In this document: piece by piece, positions 9,345-20,000 of the stretch | Layout of the letters: each line of letters begins with the position of its first letter | Position numbering within the stretch: position 1 is the stretch's first letter | Origin: Cirrosporium novae-zelandiae | Lineage: Eukaryota | NCBI GenBank assembly: GCA_026023565.1 | Contig: JAPETS010000021.1 | Span: 556,294 to 576,293 of the forward strand | Direction of reading: 5' to 3' | Length of the DNA: 20,000 nt | Made by a program: the position numbers and the translations under genes | The notes under the pieces: model-generated | What the model was told of the DNA's origin: nothing | The model's database searches: none | Seen by the model: only the letters and a program-made list of their open reading frames with translations

Positions 9345-10877
9345 CGGAAACGGGCTTGCGAGGAGAGAAATGGTCAAAGATATTATTATGACATTTAGGA
9401 GATGAGCTTGTCACGGCTGCCGGACGCGTGCTGTGGTTTCAAGCAAGAATATATTGATATTCCGGCATGTTCCGTGCTATGACTAGGTACCTAGGTAGTA
9501 CAGATCACGTATTTTTCATAGATTTAATTCTACATGAGAAGGTTTATAAAATATTTAGTTGTTAGCTGTTAGTAGTTTAGACCTTAAATATGTAGATTGT
9601 AGTCAACATTGATTTACAGGTGGCCTGGTGTTGGCCTTTCTGTATGGAGGGACTGGGTTCAGCTCAGATGTCGGTTTCCATCAAGGTTATTCTTTTCTTT
9701 TCTTTTTAAGGGATCGTAGAAGATAGAAGGTAGAAATAAAGGAGGAATAAGGTACTAGCAGGTCGGGTGAAATGGCTAAAATGTCAATTGGAAAATCAAA
9801 TAATTATTTTGTATCAAAAATGAGGAAATTTGAAAGAGAATTAATTACTGTGGACTAGCATAAATTAACCGAAGAGGAGACAGGTCAGGTAAGGTAAAGT
9901 TGCCATCATGTGATAAAATACCATCCTTAGCAACTACTCGAGTTGGTAAATTGATCGGCGCTTTGTTGGCTGGAGCTAGACAGGGGTGTGCCACAACTGG
10001 CAAAGGAGAATCAAAACTTGGCATGGTAATGTGGCTGAAAGAATCCATGGCATACAACGTCATCTGTTGTTTTTTTGTTGATGGAATACCAATCTTACAG
10101 GAGTTATACCAACAGTTACTGTACTCGAGTAATTCCCCTTACAGCACCATGCAAGTACTAGACTAAATAATGGTTGTTGAGGTAAGTAATTAATTCATGG
10201 GCTAGTGATTGACCAGTGATGATGATGGGAAGCTTTACAAAGCTCAAGCCACCATCAGCCATGAATTGCATCATGATTCAAGTAACAAAGCTCCCTCGGA
10301 TCAAGCAAAAGCTCTAATGACGGCAAAAGATGCGGATAACCTACTGAGTACAAGTAGCCACCTACATAGTAACAAGTACCTTGAAAGTAGTAGCTCAGGA
10401 GAAATAGAGAGAAATAACTCTACTCTTTGACTTCCTTGACGTGTTATCCTCCCATCGAAACTTGGCAACAAGAACCGGCTCACCTTTCAACTTGTTTGCT
10501 AGTTTATTCTTACCTTTTCGGTATTCTCCTTTTAGTTAATCATTGGCTCATTGACTTCATTGCTTGCTTGGTTGACTTGATTCACTCAATTCAACTGGTC
10601 CTGTGTCGTAACCGCTTCCCAGCCCACAACCCAGAAATATGTAACCAGGTTTCGAGCACCCCTCCTCATAAAGCCTCCCTCACCTCACTTTCACAATCCT
10701 GCTTTTCATCATTCCACAATTGTGCTCTGCTTTGATACCCCATAATATCCACATAATACCCATCGATACTCCCAATTCCTGGGACATCCAAACAACTCTT
10801 TATTAATAACATCAATACCCTCGTCTCGTTGCATTCCTCCACCTCCTAAAGATACCCAAACAAGCGATAAAAGCATC

Positions 10878-13712
10878 ATGGCTTCCAGTGCTGTCAATCG
10901 TCCAACTGATATCAAACAAAAGGAAACCGACGTCAATGCGAAGCTTCAACTCTATGGCATTTACGCAGCCTTTGCAAATGGCAAGGTTCCATCAGTGAGT
11001 TCTAATTTTCATCCAAGGCTACTACCATGAAGCTAACCACATATAGAACAAACAAATTGATGTTGCCTTAAACTCGGCCCTTGCTTCAAAGGGTTTATCA
11101 TCACCCTCTGACAAACTTTCCGAGGAAGGACGTCGCCTCGTTGCAGATCTACGGGAAGTCATTGAACAAGCGAAATATCTACTTCTATCCAAGAATGAGG
11201 GGAATGTATTGCAAGAATTCATATGGGAAACTCAACACATCTCTACCAGCGTCAATGTACCTGGTGCACCTGTCGAAAAGGAAGCTGCTCAAAAGCACGG
11301 TGAACAGGTACTAGGGGGACTGAGGACTCTTGGGACTCTCATCCTTTCCAATGGTCAATTTCGGAAACTTCGTAAGTTTTTTCCATGGCCACTATATTCT
11401 AGACACTAACCATTTCCAGTCAATGACGCAACTATTCTGATCCGTGATATGGCCGGCGATGCTGCCACCAATGCTGCCGGCCGTGTTAACCCAACAGAGG
11501 AACAGCTCGCTCAAATCGATAAACCAGCTGATGATAACGTATGGCATGATGTTCCTGATCTGTCAAGGCAGAACCTCAAGGCCCAAGCAAGAGCTGCATA
11601 CGATAAGCAAAAGCCATTCGGGCGTGGAGATGTTCAAAAGGCTGCTGGCGATGCCACTCAAGCCGCACACCCTACCGGTGCTCGTGACCCTGCTGACCTG
11701 GCTGCCATGACGGCTCAGGACCAGCAAGAAGGCACGGCATCCGGTATTGATGCTCAACAGGGTTTACAGGCTGGCGCTCAGAACCTTCGCCAAGCTGCTT
11801 CCGATAATGTTCCCGAGGAAACTAAGCAACAGGTGCGCAACAGAACCGCGCTGGCCAAGAACTATCTTTCCAAGAAGATGCCACAAGAGCGTCGTGAGCA
11901 AGCCATCTGGCGACTTAAAAAGATGGTTGTTGAAATTCAGGGCCATGAAGATTGTAAGTTGTCACGGCCAAAAACCAGCGGGACTAATTAACCAATATTT
12001 TTAGACCAACAAGCTATTGAGACTCTACTTGATTTGGCTGAGACGTATGCCGGTCACGGAAAAACCTTTCATGAAGGTTCTAAGGGGACTGTCAAAGGTG
12101 CTCACTCTGATTCGGCATTGCAGCAAGCAGAATTTAACTTGAAGGTTTGTCAATAGGTTTCGTCGATCAAAATCGTGTCACGCTGACTCGATTCAAGACC
12201 CTCGTCGAACGATTCGCGAATAGCACATCTACTGATGATTTGTGGGATTCCATCAACAATATTTACCGTGATGCAGAGAAAGACCCCGAATTGAAGAACT
12301 GGTTCAAGAGCGTCGATGATTATATTCGTAGGTGCCTCAAGGAACAAGGCTATATCCTGCAACCAGCCGCAGATCAGGAATGGGATCACCTCTACGATAA
12401 AGGCCGATTCCTCCTTCGCGAACGCTATCGCGACCATACCAACCGCATTCTCGACGAGATCAAATTCCTCGCTGATCAATTTGACCAAGATCCACAAAAC
12501 AAAAGATTCGGCCAGGCTGTACAGAAGCTCTTCAACGAATTAGGAAATGACGAGAATGGCAAGCCTAAATTTAAGAAGCATCTGGTCAAGGACCTTACGG
12601 AGATAATTATTCCTGGAATTTTTGAAAATGTCCGCTATGTTCCAATTCCTCGAATTGAGGTATCCGATCCCATGATCGATGCGATCGTTGAAAACTTGGT
12701 TATCGAGAGTGACAATTTGATGCCAAATGTCTTTGAAATAAGCAGCGACAACTACTTCCGATTTGGTCGCAAGAATATTGGAAACAAGAAAACAAACAAG
12801 GCCATGATTTCTGTCTCTGGGGTGCAACTTGATCTCAAGGGTAAGCTGTGATAATTGTCTCAAAACCTGTTTTAGTGTTAACCGAGTACAACAGATGTCA
12901 GCTATTACGTCAAGAAGAAGCAAGGCTTTCCTTCGCTCACCGATACCGGTGTTCTCGATCTTTACCTCGGTGGCCAAGGCTTGAGTTTCAAGATTGCCAT
13001 GGCGTCTGCAGAAGAAAAGGATCGCCAGAACTTCTTCAAGGTCGAGAAGGTTAATATTGACATGAAGCACTTCAAAATCAAGGTGAAGAAGTCGAAACAC
13101 AAGATCCTTTTTGCCCTCTTCAAGCCCATTCTCCTCAAGGCGATCCGTCCTGCCCTTCAGAAGGCCCTTGAGAAGCAGATCAAAGATAGCTTTACGCAGG
13201 CTGATGCTATGGCGTATGACATCAACCAAGATGTCAAACGGGCCAAGAAAGCTGCCTTGAACGATCCAGAAAATGCTCAGAATATCTATCAGCAATACGC
13301 TCAAGCCACGCAAAAGAGATTCATGGCAAGCAAACAGAAGGTTGACCGAGCCAAGGAGAGCAAGGTCAACATGGCTGTTACCCAACAGGACTCCATCTTC
13401 AAGGACATTTCTCTTCCTGGAGGTATTTCTACCAAAGCCACCGAATACAAAGAACTTGCTTCCAAGGGTGAGAAATGGGAATCCCCTGTCTTTAGCATTG
13501 GTACAGCTCCTGAATCCAAGGATATCCCTCAACTTGCTCAAGTCACCCGGAAGCCCCACAACGCTACTAGCGGCGGGTTGAGATCAGCCAATGGTGCTAC
13601 GTACAACAGCGGTGCAGCAAACTTTAGCAACCAGGTTGACCAGGCATTCAGCAAGAGCGATGGGTCCAACAGGTACACCAATGGCCACACAGTTGACAAC
13701 ACAGTTTACTGA
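10878..13712 (+). CDS. Conserved fungal HAM1-like protein (DUF5923 + DUF4449, BPI/TULIP-like C-terminal region), 6 exons, 858 aa
   Basis: Exons 10878-10994, 11047-11371, 11420-11953, 12005-12144, 12198-12840, 12895-13712. Total 2577 nt, open frame. Family motifs: KLQLYGIYAAFANGKVPSNKQIDVALNS, GLRTLGTLILSNGQFRKLL, RLKKMVVEIQGH.DYQQAI, YVPIPRIEVSDP..D..VENLVIESDN..PN, LPGGISTKATEY, WESPVFSIG. Confidence 0.93.
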
Positions 13713-14740
13713 ATCAACATTCATCAGTTTATGAATATGTCACGTCTTGATGAGTGATTGATTCCACTTTGTTTCTTTCGAGATACCACTATTGCGTGCT
13801 TGGACATTTCTGTCGTTTGGTAATAGCTAATGGTTGGAGGTGGTGGGGTTGGCAATACAAGAGGAATTTTCATTTGTTCATGTCGTTTACAATAGTTGTT
13901 TTGTTGGGATGAATCATTGACGAGATGCTAATGTTGAAGGGAATGATTCGTGTCATTGAGTGTAAATTAGAAAATCCAGACAGACAATCAGCAAAAGTAT
14001 GTCAAGATGTGTTGGTACTTGAGAAAGACGTAGATTGAGACTGTTGTGATTTACATAGTGATGATTTTGATTAACCATGAAAGGTTTCGGACCGTGCTTC
14101 CGCCAAAACGTGGGGTTAGAACAAGTCAGCAAGGTGCTAACCAGCACTAAATACCTAGGTCTGTGGGAGGAGTCGGACAATTGATTGATTTTGGCTATTG
14201 GAGCTTCTTAGCTGTTGTGGTGAATCCTCGGATACCACAAATTTGTTCCGGGGAAATTTCCAATGCCACAGGATGGCTAACAGTTTGATCGGAGAGCATC
14301 GAAGATATCGGATCTTGACGGACATGACGGGCTGTGAAATCATGTGTCGCATGCACAATTACCAATTACTGCCAATTACTGCTGCCAGTTTCCTATCAGA
14401 TGTGGAACCATCAATTACATTAATTACATAGTGCATATATAGGACACGGCGAGGAACAAACACTTGCAGATCGGCACGGGGAGGTCAGATGTGGTGTGAT
14501 GATGATGGGATAGATTTTCGTGAAGGCTTGCTGAGGATACGAGAGTGAAGATCGGATGGTGGATCGTATGGTGGACCGTGGTGGTTGGTGGGGTCATTCT
14601 TACCTGGTCTCGCGCTGGGGTCTTAATATATAATCCATTGATGCACCAAGATACATTGCGGGGTACCTACCTACTGCCTACTTTTCACGAGATAGCGAAA
14701 CAACTTTCACTCTCACCTTCAGAGCATTCACTTGATTCTA

Positions 14741-14763
14741 CCTGCCTGCCTGCCTGCCTGCCT
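14741..14763. repeat. (CCTG)5 microsatellite upstream of the oxidoreductase
   Basis: CCTG x5 plus CCT, read directly. Confidence 0.9.
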
Positions 14764-14888
14764 CCTTCTATTCATCTGGACTAATTGGATCCGTTTCCTT
14801 CATCTCTTAAGATAGAGAAAGAATCTTGAGCTGCGAGAGCTTTTGCATTGATTGGTATTGGTGGATAATCATCAATTAATTGATCAAT

Positions 14889-16772
14889 ATGGCCAGTGAC
14901 GAGGATCAAGTCGGAATTGCTATTCTGGGCGCTGGTGAGTTTTTATTTACTTCATGTCCTGTCCTGTCTTGTCTCTGGCCTCTCTTATCTGGGTTGGTCT
15001 GGTCTTTGATATGATAACTATCTCTTTCTATATTTGAAGAATACACTCAACACAAACCCTCCCACTAAATTTTTGATCGAAAATATAAAAAAGTTACATA
15101 TACGCTCGTACTAATCAATTGCCTTTGCATGTATCTAGGTATTTTTGCTAGCGAAGCACATTTGGTACGTTCACGTTTACGTCCGTCCTAGGACATACAC
15201 ATCTATCCATACATTTATTGCCTGCGAGCGATGATGGCCTCATCGGTTTGATCCCCGAGTCCTTTATTCCCTTCCGATTGAAGTCCAAGGCCTTTAATAC
15301 TTTGTTATCGTGTCTATTGAGAGAAGCCGGTTCGAATCGAGTTGAGAAACAAGCCCATTGGCATGGGCCTTAGCTTGTCCCATGACTATGATTATAGGAG
15401 TTGGAATTGTCATTACTGTCATACATTAATTCTCTCTACCTCCCTCATTCATTCCCTACCGACCCCAGGCCGCCACCCCAGCTCACACTTACTCATACAT
15501 GAAATCTCTAGCCTGCCATCCTTGCAAACTCCCACCTAATTCTGAAAGCGGTATACTCTCGATCGAAGAAATCAACCGAAGCACTCGTGGCCCTTGCTAA
15601 GGGAGCTGAAGGAAGTATCGACATCTATTCCGATGACGGAGGCGATGGGAAGAAGCTCGAGGATTTGTTGACCAGGAAGGATATTAAGGGTGTTGTTATT
15701 GCGTAGGTTATGCTTCTCTCACTCTCCTACGCACATAAGCGCACCCTCCCCACAGAAGCTAAAACAAGCCTAATCCAACCTCCAGCCTCCCTATCCCCAA
15801 CCAACCGGCCTACATAAAAAAAGCCCTCCAAAGCGGGAAGCATGTCCTCTCGGAAAAACCCATCGCTCCCTCTCTCTCCGAAACTCGGGACCTAATGACC
15901 TGGTACGACTCCGCCCGCTGGCGCTTCGCTGGTGCCCGTTCGAGCACCTGGAGCGTAGCCGAAAACTTCCGCTTTATACCCCAGTTCGTGCGAGGAGCAG
16001 AAGAGGTTCGAAAGCTGGGAAGGGTATTGGGGTTTAGGGTTCAGGTTACTCAGGTTGTTGATCTTGAAGGCGGGAGCAATAAGTATGCGGAGACGGAGTG
16101 GAGGAGGAAGGCAGATTTTGAGGGCGCGTGGGTGCTCGATGGGGGAGTTCATTTTGTTGCTGGGTTGAGGGCGTTGCTATTGGGGGATGCTGATGAGGAA
16201 CAAGCGAGGGGGAGGGGCGGCGATCAGATTGCTAGTGTGTGTGCGGTGACGGGAAGGCTACGGAGGGATCTTGGGGATGTGGATACTGTGGATGCGTTAT
16301 TAAAAACCCGAAATGGGGTTTCCGGAACCTTCACCGTTAGTTATGGTATGGATGCCCTAGATGACGGGTGGATGGTTATTTGTGAAAAGGGAGTTGTGAG
16401 GATTAAGAGGAACAAGGTTCTCCTAGGTGAGGAGGTCGTGTTCGATGCTGGCAATGGAAACGAGGCGCTGGAGGCACCGGGCGTGAAGGAGGAGCTGGAG
16501 GCATGGGCCGAGGGCTTAAGGAAGGGGGATGTCAGTATGGATCCTAGGCTGAGTACCGAAGAAGCGATTGCAGACTTGGAAGTTGTGAGTTTTTTTAAAC
16601 CTTATCTCTGGATATATACTACATATACTGACGAACGACGAAACAGCTGGAATCCTGTCTCAAAAGCGGTAAGAATGGTGGTACCCACGTCCAGATGCGA
16701 TTACAAGATACGTCCAAAGCCAAGGACTCGATGCCACGCGGCGAGAGTCCTTGGGGTGCTGAAAGAAGGTGA
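14889..16772 (+). CDS. Gfo/Idh/MocA-family NAD(P)-dependent oxidoreductase, 5 exons, 395 aa
   Basis: Exons 14889-14934, 15139-15164 (26-nt micro-exon), 15512-15702, 15786-16584, 16647-16772. Total 1188 nt, open frame. Motifs: Rossmann IAILGAGIFA, AVYSRS, ALPIPNQP, GKHVLSEKP, WSVAENFRF, TEWR, LDGGVHF. Confidence 0.93.
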
Positions 16773-16815
16773 TTGTGAGCGAACAGCTATGAGGGAAAGA
16801 AGAAGAAAGAAAGTG

Positions 16816-16839
16816 ATGAAAATGAAAATGAAAATGAAA
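16816..16839. repeat. (ATGAAA)4 hexanucleotide repeat in the 3' UTR region
   Basis: Read directly. It produces the MKMKMK run in the unspliced ORF. Confidence 0.9.
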
Positions 16840-17548
16840 ACCCAAGATATGATTTTTTTGGAACGATGGAATTTTGGGATTATTTGTCCTGCCACTGCTG
16901 TTGCTTGTTTGCCATTTAAAAGAATTTGAAAATGATATATATATGAAGATGAAGAATTGACGATCTTGCTTTTGTTTATTTCTGTCTTCCACCTCTCCTA
17001 TCACTTCTGTCGTGTGGTAAACCCCTTTCATGACCTTGCATGAGTGACGATGGAAGAAATCTATCCTACATCCCTTTTGAGTTCATTTACACTTCTAGAG
17101 AGTTCTTGTGCCTCTCTACGTCTTTCATGGCCCCACTCTCTTCATCTCCCGATACCCTCTGAGTATGACCTAAAATCCATGCGTGTTGCCAGGACTAAAA
17201 TAGCCGTCTTTCCAGCTTCTGTTCCAAGCATCCCAAATCAGGAGCTAGCACCGGCGATTTACAGGCGAGGTAAGAACCCAATAGCCCCGACGTGGTTCTG
17301 GTATCAAAAAAGCCCTTTAGAAGTTGGAATACTCCATCACCATCACCATCACCTCGCACAGCTAGTTATATTAGCACCGGATTAAACCTCCTTCACCCTT
17401 TCAGACAGAGATATTTTTCAGTTCAGCTGAAGAGTTGACGAAAGCTAGGCAATAATTATTCTCTCACCAACCTACCAAGGTCTATACCATAAGTTCTAGA
17501 CCTTCTCAGTATCGAAAGGTGGCAGAGGATTGGGGGATTTAGGCCAAA

Positions 17549-17746
17549 CTTTTCTAGCTTCCAGTCCATGTACCTAGAACAACATTTAACTCTGGAGAAC
17601 TCGTTCATATAGCTATCACATTCGTTATCAACACCTGGCTTAAAAGGATGGCCCAAGGCGAATCCGTAATGCCGACGACATATAAGCTTGCTTAGCACAG
17701 TCCCTTCTAGTCTCCTAATAGCAGTACCGCAAACAATAGCGGCCCG
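17549..17746 (-). pseudogene. Fragment of a fungal Hsp70-like (HSPA12-type actin-like ATPase) gene
   Basis: The minus frame reads RAAIVCGTAIRRLEGTVLSKLICRRHYGFALGHPFKPGVDNECDSYMNEFSRVKCCSRYMDWKLEK. This resembles the family segment AIVxGAAxRGLEG....RRHYG.....F..G.D....Y...F....C...M.W...K. No intact GT/AG sites at its borders and no recognisable ATPase N-terminus. The remnant may extend over about 17190-18030. Confidence 0.65.
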
Positions 17747-18847
17747 AGTGTTAGTCGAGCAACAGAGACAATCAGAAGTCTACGCTGAGAAACCTGCAGA
17801 TGGACGAAGATACTTGGGTGGTTGGTGATGACGATACTGTCTGTAAAGGAGCTGGCTAGACTTCGAGACCGCATCAAGGGTTGAGCTAGGAAATAAGCAA
17901 AGGGGGGAATATGAGCAGTATAAACGAACTTGAACTCGAGGACTTCTTGTTTCTCCGACTGCACCTTGTAAAGGTTGTTCAACTTCCCGATTCCCGATAC
18001 TAGGCGAGACCAAAGGAGAAGTCTACCCAAACAACTTCATTCATAGAAAAAGGTAGTAGTAGTAGTAGCATGTCTCGAGGCATTATTCGTTCATCACGCC
18101 TACACCAAATATCATCCAATGTCTCATTCTTTGTCTTGAAATATCAGCAGCAGACGTCACTGCAAGCGGGTTACGAAGAACTTCAACGAGGTAGGGCATG
18201 CCACTCCACTTCATAAGTTTGATTGAGCAAACGGTATGTTGGTTCATGGTGTCGTACATCCGACAGTTCTAGGTTATGGATGTAGTTAGTATATAGCATT
18301 CAGGGGCACACCATGCGGGGGGTGAGAGCCAAGTATTAATTATTATTACAGCACTTACCATTTTAGTTCTAGTTCAAGACTTGAAATTATGGAAATTTAT
18401 TAATTAATTACCTTAAGTTTTGATATCCCTTGGGATGTTTCCTCAGACACCTTAACCCCACAACCCCCCCCCCTCATTATAAAATTCATATTTCTACGGT
18501 ATAGACCAACATAGGCTTTGGGTAGCCTAGCCATGGTCTGGCTTATTTTGTTTCACTGCTCAGCCGAATACTCGATGTAAGGTTCTGTGGGAGCTTGAAT
18601 TAGGGCTTTTTGTTAGGCTTTCACGAAGACTCTCGGCAAGTGCTATAGGCCGTCCAAGGCATCATAATAATGAGTGACCTTTACTTGGTTGATCAATTAC
18701 ACAATGTCTCCTATCTAGGTCGCGCGGTAAATTTGAAGACTTTCTGCCACTACTTTCCGATAGTCGCTTGCTTGTAGGGTCTTCGTGATCCTTCTATGCC
18801 ATACAATGCTTCTTCTCATCGAAGAAACCCCACAGCGATTTTGCATA

Positions 18848-19394
18848 ATGTCGGCGCAAGATCAAATCGAGATAATTCATCCTTATACCAAAGTGAAACT
18901 ACCAGGTCGATTTCCACCAGAACTTATCGAGAGGGCTCGAAAATACATTAAGCATATAATTACAACTGCACCGGTTCCTCCACCTTCTTTCAATCAGACA
19001 GCTTTATTTTTCTCATCCGAAGGTTACGAGGACCTGGTATTCCAGATTGAAGTTCAGTATCAGAAGGTTAGTTCGAGTATTATTTATCATCGTCATACTC
19101 CTATAACAACGTTTATAGATTACATCGACGAACAAGAAACCAAGCCACTCCTATGGCGCAGTATTTTTTCAAGGATATTCGATCATGGGAACGGAGTTTA
19201 CTTCTATAGTCGTGCCCCTCGCCGTAACTGGAAATCCGACAGTGAGAATGAACGATGCTCAAAAGAGATCTGAAAAAGGTTATGAGGATATCGACTGGAA
19301 GGGGTCTGAATTCTTTTATGTGGGCGGACAGACTGTTTTTGAGGTTTCTGGGGATGGGCGACTTGGAGCTTTGATCGTGAGTTTTGAGAGATAG
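18848..19394 (+). CDS. Two-exon hypothetical protein, 164 aa
   Basis: Exon 18848-19066 (73 codons), a 52-nt intron (GTTAGT...ATAAC...TAG, 19067-19118), then exon 19119-19394. This joins the two listed ORFs (18785.. and 19185..) in frame with no stops. Confidence 0.75.
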
Positions 19395-19974
19395 TTCATG
19401 TGTTGAAATCTACAGATGGGGTGGCCGTTACCATCGTACTACCTACCCTTCACGAGCCTTATTTGGGCTGTGGATACCTCGCACTGTCCTTGAGCGTCAA
19501 TTACTACTCTGATTCTATAGTATTCACACTCGAAAACATTACATTCGCGGCCATAGAATGCTAGCTTGTCTGACGAATCATAAATTATTCTATTCCTAAG
19601 CTGGTTACGTCGGTCCATCTATACTAGCGAGAACTTGGAGGCGACAGAGTGAAAGAATCACTACAAGAGTTTAGAGACTTCCTTGCCGACGCGGAATTTG
19701 AGTCCTTCGCATTTGATCTTGGTATATGCATAGATGGTCAGTTATTCAAAGGCCACAACATCATTTCTTAAAACATTGAGTGTCTTTCCAAAGGTATCCT
19801 GCTAATATTGACATTAAGATTTGGAGACTACACGCTGATTTATGGACATCTTAGTCAACTTCTCGCGGATTTATAGCATTGAGGTCGCTTCCACCGAATG
19901 GAAGACTCCGTATACAATTCCACCAACGCTGCTGCTGCGGATCTAATTCCAATTCAAATTTTGGATACCTCGCA

Positions 19975-20000
19975 CCCCCCCCCCCCCCCCCCCCCCCCCC
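19975..20000. repeat. Poly-C homopolymer (at least 26 nt, runs off the window)
   Basis: Read directly. Confidence 0.95.

Noticed and set aside
9483..9494. 12-bp palindrome CTAGGTACCTAG
   Set aside because: Too short to be meaningful alone; such CTAG/GTAC-rich motifs are common in fungal intergenic DNA.
9845..10483. Short ORFs between the kinase and the HAM1-like gene
   Set aside because: Under 90 aa, overlapping on both strands, and without motifs. A small peptide gene cannot be excluded but is unsupported.
12540..13559. 339-aa minus-strand ORF, plus the other small ORFs overlapping 10878-13712
   Set aside because: Antisense or alternate-frame shadows of the codon-biased HAM1-like gene; no recognisable motifs.
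15225..15400. TPP riboswitch or C/D snoRNA in the long intron
   Set aside because: It lacks the CTGAGA plus ACYTGAT...GCG core of TPP, ATGATGG is an imperfect C box, and no well-placed CTGA D box is present.
16585..16929. C-terminal tail of the listed 344-aa ORF (ending MKMKMK...)
   Set aside because: Read-through of intron 16585-16646 and the 3' UTR microsatellite; the spliced gene ends at 16772.

Overview
Eukaryotic, intron-rich filamentous-ascomycete DNA; short GT-AG introns with CTRAY-type branch points suggest a Eurotiomycete-like genome (inference). I spliced four intact genes by hand: a 10-exon LaeA/TAM-like SAM methyltransferase (-, 324 aa), a 6-exon HAM1-like DUF5923/DUF4449 protein (+, 858 aa), a 5-exon Gfo/Idh/MocA oxidoreductase (+, 395 aa) and a 2-exon orphan with a cupin-like pattern (+, 164 aa). 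There is also an intronless 410-aa hypothetical protein with an F-box-like start (-). Three decayed genes appear only as fragments in the ORF track: a ubiquitin C-terminal hydrolase (peptidase C12), an SRPK-like kinase with an apparent microhomology-mediated deletion, and an Hsp70-like fragment. The most striking non-coding structure is a perfect 31-bp direct repeat (1213-1243 and 6365-6395) inside a longer diverged repeat. It brackets the methyltransferase and F-box-like genes, and each copy has a hairpin about 190-210 bp upstream; the second hairpin has about 50-bp arms. No transposase, integrase, tRNA, rRNA or CRISPR was recognised. Family names come from remembered motifs, not database searches.
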